This document shows, in pieces, positions 35,377-45,429 of a stretch of 64,000 bases of DNA. This stretch comes from Patescibacteria group bacterium. GTDB taxonomy: Bacteria > Patescibacteriota > Minisyncoccia > Phycocordibacterales > Phycocordibacteraceae. The notes beneath the pieces are model-generated. The model saw nothing but the letters and a program-made list of their open reading frames with translations. It ran no database searches and was not told where the DNA came from. Both the position numbers and the translations under genes were made by a program. Position 1 is the stretch's first letter. Every line of letters begins with the position of its first letter. The DNA is taken from the NCBI GenBank assembly GCA_019752595.1, contig JAIELV010000001.1:618394-682393 (forward strand). The letters run 5' to 3'.

Positions 35377-37587
35377 ATGAAACAGAAATCATTCTCCGCG
35401 CAAATTGGCGGAAGGACACTGACCGCTGAATTTACTGACCTTGCGGAGCAGGCAAGTGGTTCCGTTATTGTTCGCTACGGCGACACGGCGATTCTCGTCA
35501 CCGCGGTGATGGGATCAAAAGATAAAGAGATGGATTATTTCCCGCTCACCGTTGAATTCGAAGAAAGATTTTACGCAGCAGGAAGAATTCTTGGTTCACG
35601 ATTCGTACGACGTGAGGGAAGACCGGCAGACAGCGCGATTCTTTCGGGACGCATCGTCGACCGCACTATCCGTCCACTGTTTAACAACAAAATGCGAAAG
35701 GATGTGCAAGTTATTGCAACAGTACTTTCGATTGCAGAAGACGACCCCGATGTCTTGGGTGTTATTGGTGCGTCGCTCGCTTTGGGCACTTCACACATTC
35801 CATGGAAAGGCCCCGTGTCCGCAGTTCGTATTGGAAAGAAAAAAGGCTCAGACACTTTCCAAATTAATCCCACCTACGCAGAAAGAAATTCTCCTGACGC
35901 GGAATTGGACTTACTGGTCTGCGGAAGGGACGGCACGATCACAATGATTGAAGTCGGCGCGAAAGAAGTGACCGAAGCTGTCATGGAATCGGCGTTTGCT
36001 GAAGCAATGAAACAGCTTGATGAAGTACAGGCGTTCCAGAAAAAAGTTATTGCGGAAATTGGGAAACAAAAAAAAGAATTTACTCCCGTTGAGATGAATG
36101 CTTCAATTCCAGAAGGATTTGCAGAGTTTGAGGCAGGATTTGAATCTGCAATTTTCTCTGGCACTTCAGGAAAAGAATCGATTTATGCCTTGAAGGAAAA
36201 ATTCCTTGCCAAAATAAAACTGGCGACACCTGAGTTGGTGAAAATGGCGGATGATTATTTTGAAGACCGCGTGGAAGCACTTATGGACAAGCGCGCCATT
36301 GAAGACAAGAAGCGCGTTGACGGGAGAAAACTTGATGAAATTCGCCCGCTGTATGCAAAGGCAGGTGGTATGTCGCCGATTCTTCACGGCTCAGGCATTT
36401 TCTACCGAGGGGAGACGCACGTATTTTCCGCACTCACCTTGGGCGGACCCGAAGATTCGCAGATTGTTGACTCAATAGAGGAGCGCGAAGAAAAGAAACG
36501 CTTCATGCACCACTACAATTTCCCGCCATTTTCGGTCGGAGAAACAGGACGTGTGGGTGGTTTGAACCGTCGCATGATTGGACACGGAGCGCTTGCTGAA
36601 AAAGCACTCTCTGCTGTCATTCCTGAAAAAGAAGTGTTCCCGTACACCATTCGTTTGGTTTCGGAAGCATTCTCTTCAAATGGTTCTACCTCTATGGCAT
36701 CGGTCTGTGCATCGACATTGGCGATGATGGATGGAGGGGTGCCAATAAAAGCTCCTGTCGCGGGTATCGCAATGGGAGTCATTTACGAAACACCTGAACG
36801 CTATGCAATTCTCACAGACATTCAAGGACCTGAGGACCACTATGGGGACATGGATTTTAAAGTTGCGGGAACAAAAGACGGTATTACCGCAATACAGCTC
36901 GACGTCAAAGTTGAAGGTGTGCCGATGAAAATTCTCGCAGAGGCGTTACACCAGGCAAAAACCGCCCGAATGCAAATTCTTGACGTCATAACAAAAGAAA
37001 TCGCAACGCCTCGTGCCGACCTTTCTCCTCGCGCACCAAAAATAGTAACGTTGACCGTTCCTGTCGACATGATCGGTATGGTCATCGGCCCTGGCGGAAA
37101 GAACATTAAGAAAATACAAGAAGAAACAGGTGTGACTGGCATTACGATTGAAGACGACGGTTCGATATTTGTCACAGGAACAGCAGATTCACCTGAAAAA
37201 GCTGCTGAAATAATTCGTCAAATGACAAAAGTGTGGAAGGCGGGTGAAGTAGCAGAAGGCCCTGTAACGCGCCTTATGAACTTTGGTGCATTCGTAAATA
37301 TTGGCGGTAAAACTGAAGGATTGGTACATGTGTCTGAAATCGCACCCTTCCGAATTGCAACCGTTGATGAAGCACTCAAAGTCGGCGACATCGTGAAAGT
37401 GGTGGTGAAAGAAATTGATGATCAAGGCCGTGTGAATCTCTCAATAAAAATGATTGACCCTGAGTTTGCAACACGCAAAGGGCTGAAACCCAGTGAAGGA
37501 ATGCCACCTTCAGCCGACCGCGGGGGTTACAATGACAGAAATGGCGGAAGACGAAATCAAGATTCCGGAGGCGGACACCGTTGGTGA
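35377..37587 (+). CDS. pnp: Polyribonucleotide nucleotidyltransferase (PNPase)
   Basis: RREGRP, HHYNFPPFSVGE, SNGSTSMAS, GDMDFKVAG, KH and S1 domains. Confidence 0.97.
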   Translation: MKQKSFSAQIGGRTLTAEFTDLAEQASGSVIVRYGDTAILVTAVMGSKDKEMDYFPLTVEFEERFYAAGRILGSRFVRREGRPADSAILSGRIVDRTIRPLFNNKMRKDVQVIATVLSIAEDDPDVLGVIGASLALGTSHIPWKGPVSAVRIGKKKGSDTFQINPTYAERNSPDAELDLLVCGRDGTITMIEVGAKEVTEAVMESAFAEAMKQLDEVQAFQKKVIAEIGKQKKEFTPVEMNASIPEGFAEFEAGFESAIFSGTSGKESIYALKEKFLAKIKLATPELVKMADDYFEDRVEALMDKRAIEDKKRVDGRKLDEIRPLYAKAGGMSPILHGSGIFYRGETHVFSALTLGGPEDSQIVDSIEEREEKKRFMHHYNFPPFSVGETGRVGGLNRRMIGHGALAEKALSAVIPEKEVFPYTIRLVSEAFSSNGSTSMASVCASTLAMMDGGVPIKAPVAGIAMGVIYETPERYAILTDIQGPEDHYGDMDFKVAGTKDGITAIQLDVKVEGVPMKILAEALHQAKTARMQILDVITKEIATPRADLSPRAPKIVTLTVPVDMIGMVIGPGGKNIKKIQEETGVTGITIEDDGSIFVTGTADSPEKAAEIIRQMTKVWKAGEVAEGPVTRLMNFGAFVNIGGKTEGLVHVSEIAPFRIATVDEALKVGDIVKVVVKEIDDQGRVNLSIKMIDPEFATRKGLKPSEGMPPSADRGGYNDRNGGRRNQDSGGGHRW

Positions 37588-39079
37588 ACGCGTGACGGGT
37601 AAAGCCCCGTCACCTGCACCCAATTTGTCTGTGCAAAATAATCTGACGTGGGATACACCTGCGCCTTCGCCTGCACCAACGATACCTCCAACTCCTGCGC
37701 CAGTGACGCCTATTGTTGCCCAAGCAAATTCCACATCTGCAGCGATTCCTCCTGCTTCTCAAACAACTACACCGCCCCCTGCCACCACTCCGCCTCCTGC
37801 GGTGGTTTCTTCTGCCACACCTACACCAACAATGAACGCCGGCGCAAACGAGCAATCTCCATTTTTTGGGAAAATTGTTCCGCAAAAACCTTCTGTTTCT
37901 TTGAATACTCCTACCTCACCTGTAGCGGTGCCTCCTGCCAAAACGGCTCCTTCAACGAGTATCCCAACACCACCTGCCATTGCTGTTTCACCTCAATGGA
38001 GCGCACCAAAAACTACCACCCTCCCTGAAAAAGATTTGCGTGCGGAAGACAAACTCCATAGCGGAAACATACTCTCTCTGCTTGAGGAACAGGCGCAAAG
38101 ACAAAACCCACCTTCACAACCGATATCGGGAATGAAATATGGGCAAACGCCTGCGCAAAGAAGTATCAGAGAAATCGGACTTCAACCGCGCACCCCAGCT
38201 GAAACTCTCTCCGCAAAAGAAGTGGTAGCCCCCCTACAGAAATCTGACGGGCTTCCACGCATTCGCACCTATGCGGCAGACATGAGCGAAGAAATTAGAA
38301 AACGTGGAGAAACGCTCGCCACCATTATTAGTGCGGAGCGCACAAAAATGGGACGTGGCCCCGTGGGCGATGAAACACAAACAAAAACTGAAATTACTGC
38401 GCAGGAAAAAACACGAAACACATTTCTTTCGTTCGGTGCTTTGTTTCTTGTATTCATTGCAGTGATTGGGCTGGTGTTTGCGTTCTTCCTCACGCGCCCG
38501 AAGCCCACGATGCCAGAGCGAGTGTCACTCATCCCTGTCAATTACGCAGAACTCGTTACTCCAGGAACAACGGAAAAAACAATCACCACGCTTTCTGAAT
38601 TACGTCTCGACACCGATTTGCGTCTTGGCGAAATGAAAGAATTTATTGTGACCGATAGCGGCACGCCACTGTCCCCCGAAGAAACTCTTTTGCGGTTTGG
38701 CGCGCCTGCAACTTTGGCAAGAAACGCGAACTCGGTCATGATCGGCATTCATGCCTTTGATAGAAATCAGCCGTTTATTCTTGTCTCTATCGCTGCCTAC
38801 GACCGTGCGTTTGAGGGCATGCTGGCGTGGGAAGACACTATCGGGCAGACCCTCGGTTCGTTTTTTGCCCCTAACAAGAGTGCCAACGCCCTTGTTTCAG
38901 GAAGTGCCCCCGCACTACAATTCAAAGATCGCGTGTATCAAAACATTGATATCCGCGAGAGCAACCCTGAGTGGAAAATTTTGTATGCATTCCCAAGACG
39001 CGATTTACTCCTCATAACTACAAACGAAAGCACCTTGCGAGAAGTGGTCACTAGGCTCACCCTGCAATCGGGCAACTAG
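37541..39079 (+). CDS. Pro/Thr-rich single-pass membrane protein
   Basis: Low-complexity N-terminus, IRTYAADM motif, one TM and a folded C-terminal domain (FEGMLAWE, FKDRVYQN). Start overlaps the pnp end and is uncertain. Confidence 0.75.
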   Translation: MAEDEIKIPEADTVGERVTGKAPSPAPNLSVQNNLTWDTPAPSPAPTIPPTPAPVTPIVAQANSTSAAIPPASQTTTPPPATTPPPAVVSSATPTPTMNAGANEQSPFFGKIVPQKPSVSLNTPTSPVAVPPAKTAPSTSIPTPPAIAVSPQWSAPKTTTLPEKDLRAEDKLHSGNILSLLEEQAQRQNPPSQPISGMKYGQTPAQRSIREIGLQPRTPAETLSAKEVVAPLQKSDGLPRIRTYAADMSEEIRKRGETLATIISAERTKMGRGPVGDETQTKTEITAQEKTRNTFLSFGALFLVFIAVIGLVFAFFLTRPKPTMPERVSLIPVNYAELVTPGTTEKTITTLSELRLDTDLRLGEMKEFIVTDSGTPLSPEETLLRFGAPATLARNANSVMIGIHAFDRNQPFILVSIAAYDRAFEGMLAWEDTIGQTLGSFFAPNKSANALVSGSAPALQFKDRVYQNIDIRESNPEWKILYAFPRRDLLLITTNESTLREVVTRLTLQSGN

Positions 39080-39120
39080 CCAGGCTAGATTCGGAGTAGT
39101 GCCCGTGCTACCATTCCCCG

Positions 39121-39495
39121 ATGATTTCAGAAACAAAAGTAGCGGAATATAAGAAAATCCTTGAGGCTGAGAAAGCGCTTCTTGAAGCAGAATTGCAGAA
39201 AATAGGTGTGCGCGACCCTTCGAATCCTTCTGATTGGGTTGCCGCAAAAGCAACGGACGATTCATTTGGCGCTGACAGAAACGACAACGCAGACATTTTT
39301 GAAGAAATGCAGGACGCGAACGCAACGATTTCAAAACTTGAAGTTCGTTTTCAAGAAGTATCGGACGCCCTCGCAAAGATAGACGCAGGGACCTATGGTG
39401 TCTGCGAAATCTCAGGAACAGAGATAGAAGCAGACCGCCTTGAAGCAAACCCAGCCGCAAGAACGTGCAAGGCGCACATGAATCAGCCCCGCTAG
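39121..39495 (+). CDS. DksA/TraR family protein
   Basis: DxxDxA tip (DRNDNA) and AGTYGVCE...RLEANPAARTCKAH. Confidence 0.88.
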   Translation: MISETKVAEYKKILEAEKALLEAELQKIGVRDPSNPSDWVAAKATDDSFGADRNDNADIFEEMQDANATISKLEVRFQEVSDALAKIDAGTYGVCEISGTEIEADRLEANPAARTCKAHMNQPR

Positions 39496-39504
39496 AAAAC
39501 CTTT

Positions 39505-40998
39505 GTGTTTGCGAAAGTCTTCAGCATCCAGCCCGGCTTTCCTCACTCAGAACCAATTACCGTTGAAGCAGACCTCTCGCGAGGTCTGTATTCGTTTTCA
39601 GTTGTCGGTTTGCCGTCAAAGGCAGTCGAAGAAGCGCGTGACAGAATTTCTTCCGCAATAAAACATTCGGGATACCCATCACCAAAATCAAAAAATCACA
39701 AAGTGGTTATTTCGCTTGCGCCAGCCGATGTAAAGAAAGAGGGCGCGGCGTTTGATTTACCAATGGCACTCGCGTACCTCTTGTCTGCTGAAGAAATTTC
39801 ATTCAAAACAGCTGGTGTTGCGTTCTTGGGAGAGCTTGCGCTCGACGGAACTCTCCGCCCTATACGCGGGGCGCTCCCCGCAGCAATTGCAGCACGCAAA
39901 CTTGGCTACACGCAGCTGGTGGTGCCCCAAGAAAATGCCCCCGAAGCAGCGCTCGTGGAAGGAGTACATGTGTTTGGTGTCTCGTCTTTGAAAGAAGCTG
40001 TCGCGCATGCAACAGGGAAAAAGAAACTTACTCCATACAAAAGTGATATCAAGACACACCCGCGCGAACATGCAGTTGATTTTGCCGACATAAAAGGACA
40101 AGAAACTGCAAAGCGGGGGTTGGAAATTGCCGCCGCGGGGCGCCACAACGTGGCGTTCATGGGCCCGCCTGGAACAGGGAAGACGATGCTTTCATCGGCG
40201 CTTTCTGGAATTTTACCGCCACTTTCTTTTGATGATGCCGTTGAAGTAACAGCGATTCATTCAATTGCAGGAACTTTAAAACAACCCTTGGTCACCCATG
40301 CGCCCGTACGCGCACCTCATCACACCTCCTCATACGTAGCACTCGTTGGTGGCGGGAATGCGCTTCGAGCAGGGGAAGTAACACTCGCCCATAACGGAGT
40401 TTTATTTTTGGATGAATTCCCTGAATTTGATCGTCGTGCAATTGAAGCCTTACGCGAACCCCTCGAGAATCGTTCCATTACCGTATCTCGCGCCGCTGGC
40501 TCAATAACATTTCCCGCAAACATCATGTTAGTTGCTGCGATGAACCCACCTCCACGTGGTGCAGATTATCGTGAGGAAGATCGATTCAGAAAAAAATTAT
40601 CTGGGGCAATTGTCGACCGCATCGATGTGTGGATTGAGATGCCACATATTCCGCACGAAAAACTTGCAGGAAAAAGTTCGGGGGAAAAATCGGAAATGAT
40701 ACAGGAACGTGTTCTTTCTGCGCGAGCAACACAGAGTGCGCGATTGCAAAAATTTGGGCTCGCGGGGAAAACAAATAGTGAACTGCCTTCAAAATTGCTA
40801 CATGCGGAGATTGGTATTCCTGATTCAGTACAGCACACACTCGCGCAAGCAGCGAAAAGGTTGAATCTCTCTCCTCGCTCCTACCATCGAGTATTGCGGC
40901 TTGCGCGTACGATTGCCGACCTCGCGCACGAAGAGCTTGTATCTGACGCTCACGTCCTTGAAGCGCTTCAATACCGCCCGCGTTTTATTGAGAAGTAA
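39505..40998 (+). CDS. comM: ComM/YifB Mg-chelatase-like AAA+ ATPase
   Basis: GELALDG, GPPGTGKTM, RAPHH, LFLDEFPEF, LREPLE, ARTIADL. Confidence 0.93.
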   Translation: MFAKVFSIQPGFPHSEPITVEADLSRGLYSFSVVGLPSKAVEEARDRISSAIKHSGYPSPKSKNHKVVISLAPADVKKEGAAFDLPMALAYLLSAEEISFKTAGVAFLGELALDGTLRPIRGALPAAIAARKLGYTQLVVPQENAPEAALVEGVHVFGVSSLKEAVAHATGKKKLTPYKSDIKTHPREHAVDFADIKGQETAKRGLEIAAAGRHNVAFMGPPGTGKTMLSSALSGILPPLSFDDAVEVTAIHSIAGTLKQPLVTHAPVRAPHHTSSYVALVGGGNALRAGEVTLAHNGVLFLDEFPEFDRRAIEALREPLENRSITVSRAAGSITFPANIMLVAAMNPPPRGADYREEDRFRKKLSGAIVDRIDVWIEMPHIPHEKLAGKSSGEKSEMIQERVLSARATQSARLQKFGLAGKTNSELPSKLLHAEIGIPDSVQHTLAQAAKRLNLSPRSYHRVLRLARTIADLAHEELVSDAHVLEALQYRPRFIEK

Positions 40999-41124
40999 TA
41001 AAAAACGGATTAGCCCGTCATAGGATGTATGGGTGAAATAGTTTCAGCAATGTTCCTTTTCCTGGTTCTCATGGCTTTAAAGTGAGAGATTGCTTTTCGC
41101 GTGCTCAGGGTGTACAACCACCGT

Positions 41125-41418
41125 ATGAAGTGGGGTAGGAGAGGACCACATAAAGCCCGTGCGGACGATGCAACTGCTATATCTCAAGATGTTTTTGAGG
41201 TCATAAAAAAGATTCCTGGCGGGGCTGTACAGCGAAAAATTAGAGAGCTTGGGGAAGAGCGTGTTCGCGACTATTGGATGAGGATGCGTCTTTATAAAAC
41301 AGGAGACCCGCGATACCCGCTCCCGCCAAAGAGCGAAAGACGGCATTTTTGGAGACCGAGAATTCAAAACCAAAACACGGTTATGGGATTTGAGGGAGCT
41401 GAAAGAGAAACTGCCTAG
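41125..41418 (+). CDS. Small basic hypothetical protein
   Basis: 97-aa Arg/Lys-rich ORF converging on the LysM-M23 gene. Confidence 0.4.
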   Translation: MKWGRRGPHKARADDATAISQDVFEVIKKIPGGAVQRKIRELGEERVRDYWMRMRLYKTGDPRYPLPPKSERRHFWRPRIQNQNTVMGFEGAERETA

Positions 41419-42419
41419 AACGGATTCGTAGCCCCGCGAACTTCGAAGTGTAAATGCGCACCTGTTGAGCGTCCTGTATTTCCTGATGCGCCGACTGCTT
41501 GACCTTGCGTCACAGTTTGACCAGTTGAAACAAACACTTGTGAGAGGTGTCCATAGACCGTTTGTGTGCCATTCGGATGCTGGATCACTATGTACTGACC
41601 ATACCCGCCGTTCCAGCCTGAGCCGCGCGCGATAATAACAGTGCCTGATGCTGAAGCCATCACCGTCGTTCCGACTGGAACACCAATATCGATACCGTTA
41701 TAGCCGTGAATGCCTTGTGTTTTTATACCTCCTGCAATCGGACGCATGAAGTAGCCTGCAATCACTGGCCCGCCCGCGCTTCTTACCGTCTTTGTGCCCG
41801 AGGAGGTGACTGTTGTCGATACTTCAACACCATGCGGAATCACAATCGTGTCGCCAACTGCTAGCTTTGCGTTGTCAGGTAAATTATTGAAATCAAGCAC
41901 CTCTTCAAGATTGCCTTTATATTTCTTGACTATAGACGCAATCGTTTCACCCTTTGCCACTGTGTGCTGAACTCCTGAGACGGGGAGAATAACAAGCGTG
42001 TCACCTGGATGAATATCTTTACTGCCATTCAGGTCGTTCGCCCACAGAATAGTGTTTGCAGATACATTAAAAAGTTTCGCGATACCAGAAAGCGTATCGC
42101 CGTTTCGTACGACATAGATTGAAATCTGATTTGAAGAAGCTGACTGATCTTCGATGTCCAAAAGAGTTCCTTCGGGGCCTGTTTCAGGTAAAAGTGCGAC
42201 ACCGCCAACAATGGTTATATCGCCACCCCCGCGCCGTGTGGGGTCTATATTTTTAGCTGCCTGAAGGGCAGGAGTGTGAACGCTTGGAACCGCGCGACGG
42301 GTAACCTCTGCAGCTTTCGCAACAGAATCGTCCTCATGAGAGAAGGGAAGATACAGGGCAAGGGCGGGGAGGGCGATGTTAAACGCCAAAAGAAAAGCCC
42401 CCGCGATAACCGCTTTCAA
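41415..42419 (-). CDS. LysM-domain M23 peptidase
   Basis: Signal peptide, two LysM domains, and M23 domain (YNGIDIG, YGHL, STGAHLHFEV). Confidence 0.92.
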   Translation of the reverse strand: MKAVIAGAFLLAFNIALPALALYLPFSHEDDSVAKAAEVTRRAVPSVHTPALQAAKNIDPTRRGGGDITIVGGVALLPETGPEGTLLDIEDQSASSNQISIYVVRNGDTLSGIAKLFNVSANTILWANDLNGSKDIHPGDTLVILPVSGVQHTVAKGETIASIVKKYKGNLEEVLDFNNLPDNAKLAVGDTIVIPHGVEVSTTVTSSGTKTVRSAGGPVIAGYFMRPIAGGIKTQGIHGYNGIDIGVPVGTTVMASASGTVIIARGSGWNGGYGQYIVIQHPNGTQTVYGHLSQVFVSTGQTVTQGQAVGASGNTGRSTGAHLHFEVRGATNPF

Positions 42420-42659
42420 CCATTTTTTTGTTGCCGGGCGCAGAGTATGTGTCGTGCCGCCTGGTGCTGTGGAATCCTTTTTTATAACGTTTTCTCCTCG
42501 AGTGCTGTGCAGATTTTCAGTAAAAATGGCTCTACTGAGCCAATTTATGGCGCTTTTCGCTTAGGTATATATCCACTATACCCGAGGGAGGGGGGTAGTC
42601 AACCAGTAAAAACATGCCGAAGTGGAGACAGAAAAGTCATATTTTAAGCCACCAATCTC

Positions 42660-42682
42660 TGTGCTATACTAAGTATAGCACA
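42660..42682. promoter_or_regulatory. 25-bp palindrome, copy 3 (23 bp perfect)
   Basis: TGTGCTATACT-A-AGTATAGCACA abutting the uvrD -35 region. Confidence 0.7.
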
Positions 42683-42719
42683 TTATGGGCAAAATTTTCA
42701 TAGGGTATAGTACTGAGGA

Positions 42720-44648
42720 ATGCTGCCTGAAAACTCATTGAACGACGCTCAAAAAAAGGCAGTTCTCCATAAAAAAGGGGCACTCCTTATTCTCGCGGGG
42801 GCGGGAGCAGGCAAAACGAGAGTTATCACCCACAGAATTGCGGAATTAATCCGAAGCGGGATAAACCCTGGGGCAATTCTTGCGGTTACTTTTACTAACA
42901 AAGCGGCGAGCGAGATGCGCTCTAGGGTTTTGAAGCTAATTTCCGAAGATTTATCCCTTTCGCCCTACGACACCCCAAAAACACTCCCCTATATAGGTAC
43001 GTTCCATGCGGTTTCTCTGGAAATTATTAAGACATTCCACGAAAAGGCAGGACTCCCGCGCCGATTCTCAATATTCGACCGCTCCGACTCTGTACGTGCA
43101 TTGAAAGAAGCGATCTCTGAAGCTGGTTTTGATCCGAAACAACTTGAGCCCCGAAGGGTACTTTCAATTATGGGGCGCCACAAAGGTAACGCGGTTGACC
43201 TTGATGCATTCCGTGAGCGCTACGTGCGTTCATACATAGATGAAGCGGTTGCAGAAGTGTGGGAGAGGTATGAAAAAATTCTTGCAAAAGAAAAAGCGCT
43301 TGATTTTGATGACATTCTTTTGCGTGCATACCACTTAGTGGCGCGAAATCCTGAAGTACGAGAGTATTTTGAGCGCGCGTGGCAGTACGTACATGTGGAC
43401 GAGTACCAAGACACAAACCGTGTGCAGTACGAACTCGTGCGCCTCTTGTCGAAAAAAAGCGGGAACATTGCAGCGGTGGGAGACATTGACCAAAATATTT
43501 ACAGCTGGCGAGGTGCTTCGATTGAATTCATTATGAATTTTGAACAGGATTTCCCCGACGCGGAAATTGTGGTCTTGGCAGAAAACTATCGCTCAACAAA
43601 AACAATACTCGCAGCGGCAAATGATGCCATCGAAAAAAATATTCAACGTAAAGAAAAAGAGTTGTACACAAAAAACGCTGATGGGGAGAAAATAACGGTT
43701 GCAGGTTTTTATGACGAAACAGAAGAAGCGCGCTATGTTGCAAAAGAAGCAAAGTATTTATCGAACTACGGAGTGAAGCATGAAAACATCGCGGTCTTGT
43801 ATCGTGCAAACTTTCAATCACGCATTTTGGAAGAGGCGTTCCTCAAAGAAAATGTTCCCTATCAAGTATTGGGCACACGATTTTTTGAACGCAAAGAAGT
43901 AAAAGACGCTGTTTCGTATATTAAGCTTGCACTAAATCCTGACTCGAGTGCGGATTTTGCGCGCGCCATCGGCACACCTTCTCGAGGCATAGGAAAAGTG
44001 ACACTCGTCAAAGTGGTAAACGGAAAAGAAGAAGAACTACCCGCATCAGCGCGCAAAAAAATTCAGGATTTCCGCACGCTTCTTGCTCGCATACAAAATA
44101 AAATTGAGACCGCACAAACTTCTGAAGCAATTAAATTTGCGCTCCATGAAAGCGGACTATGGAATTTATACGCCCATGGTACAAGCGAAGACACGGAACG
44201 TTTGGAAAACTTAAAGGAGCTCGTTACGGTTGCCACAAAATATGACCACCTCGCGGCTCCAGAAGGAATTGAAAAATTAATTGAAGAAGCAGCGCTCCAA
44301 TCAGACCAAGACGAGCTCAAAGAAAAAAAGGTGGGTGTGAAATTGATGACTATTCACGCAGCAAAGGGGCTTGAATTTGAACGTGTGTTCATTACGGGGC
44401 TTGAAGAAGGGCTGTTCCCGCATGAGCGCGACGAAGCCGAAGGTGTGGATCATGAAGAAGAGCGTAGATTGTTTTATGTCGCACTCACGCGTGCGGAGAA
44501 AAAAGTATATTTAACGCATGCGGCAACGCGCAGAATTTTTGGTACTCGTTCAATCAATACGCCGTCAGAGTTTGTAGTCGAGCTTGATCCTGCGTTGGTA
44601 GAAGTCGTACCATTTGTAGGAAACTACCATGAAGAAACAATTGACTAG
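42720..44648 (+). CDS. uvrD: UvrD/PcrA DNA helicase
   Basis: AGAGAGKT, VTFTNKAA, VDEYQDTN, NYRST, MTIHAAKGLEF, EERRLFYVALTRA. Confidence 0.96.
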   Translation: MLPENSLNDAQKKAVLHKKGALLILAGAGAGKTRVITHRIAELIRSGINPGAILAVTFTNKAASEMRSRVLKLISEDLSLSPYDTPKTLPYIGTFHAVSLEIIKTFHEKAGLPRRFSIFDRSDSVRALKEAISEAGFDPKQLEPRRVLSIMGRHKGNAVDLDAFRERYVRSYIDEAVAEVWERYEKILAKEKALDFDDILLRAYHLVARNPEVREYFERAWQYVHVDEYQDTNRVQYELVRLLSKKSGNIAAVGDIDQNIYSWRGASIEFIMNFEQDFPDAEIVVLAENYRSTKTILAAANDAIEKNIQRKEKELYTKNADGEKITVAGFYDETEEARYVAKEAKYLSNYGVKHENIAVLYRANFQSRILEEAFLKENVPYQVLGTRFFERKEVKDAVSYIKLALNPDSSADFARAIGTPSRGIGKVTLVKVVNGKEEELPASARKKIQDFRTLLARIQNKIETAQTSEAIKFALHESGLWNLYAHGTSEDTERLENLKELVTVATKYDHLAAPEGIEKLIEEAALQSDQDELKEKKVGVKLMTIHAAKGLEFERVFITGLEEGLFPHERDEAEGVDHEEERRLFYVALTRAEKKVYLTHAATRRIFGTRSINTPSEFVVELDPALVEVVPFVGNYHEETID

Positions 44649-45429
44649 AAAGCGTGGGGCAAAGTTGGGGCAGCACTTCCTCACGAATGCGGGGATTGCT
44701 CGCATCGTTGCCGAAAGTTCTGGCGCAGGGGTAGGGGTTCGCGTCTATGAAATCGGCCCTGGGAAAGGGATGCTGACGAAAGAGCTCTTAGCGCTCGGTG
44801 CAGTAGTGACCGCCGTGGAGAAAGACCCCGAGATGGCTGAAATCCTTTGTGCAGAGTTTGTAGACGAGATACGAAAGAAAAAACTCATTGTTATAGAAGG
44901 TGACGCGCGCGACTACACTCCCGATACGGTATTCCCAAAAGGTGAGTACATTATTGCTGCAAACATTCCGTACTACATTACGGGGGAATTAATCAGAACA
45001 GCGCTCACCTCAAAAAACCAACCGAAAAGTATGGCTCTTTTGATTCAGAAAGAAGTCGCTGAAAGAATTGCTCGTTCAAAAAAAGAATCCCTGCTCTCGC
45101 TTTCCGTAAAAGCGTATGGCACTCCGAAATACGTAAAGACAGTATCTGCGGGGAGTTTTAATCCGCCTCCTGCAGTTGATTCAGCAGTGCTTTCAATTGG
45201 AAATATTTCTCGCGCACATTTTGCTACTGTTTCTGAAGACGTTTTCTTTCGTGTTATCAAAGCGGGTTTTGCACAGAAACGAAAAACACTTGGTGGTAAT
45301 TTGAAAAAAACATTCGGCGTAAAGGCGCTCGAGGCACTTGCGTATGCAGGAATCCCCGAAAAAGAGCGCGCAGAAAATGTGCCGCTCGCTTTGTGGTTAC
45401 GCGTGGCTGAAAAAATGCGCCAAACTTAG
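44629..45429 (+). CDS. rsmA: 16S rRNA dimethyladenosine transferase
   Basis: LGQHFL, EIGPGKG, ANIPYYIT, QKEVA, PPPAVDS. Confidence 0.95.
   Translation: MKKQLTRKRGAKLGQHFLTNAGIARIVAESSGAGVGVRVYEIGPGKGMLTKELLALGAVVTAVEKDPEMAEILCAEFVDEIRKKKLIVIEGDARDYTPDTVFPKGEYIIAANIPYYITGELIRTALTSKNQPKSMALLIQKEVAERIARSKKESLLSLSVKAYGTPKYVKTVSAGSFNPPPAVDSAVLSIGNISRAHFATVSEDVFFRVIKAGFAQKRKTLGGNLKKTFGVKALEALAYAGIPEKERAENVPLALWLRVAEKMRQT

Noticed and set aside
42420-42560. N-terminal extension of the LysM-M23 gene from a non-canonical start
   Set aside because: The frame is open to 42560 but has no ATG, GTG or TTG, and the TTG at 42419 already gives a good signal peptide.
42660-42686. Resemblance of GTATAGCACATTAT to the loxP core
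   Set aside because: The match is short, the 13-bp arms are missing and the centre is symmetric, so it is probably coincidental.
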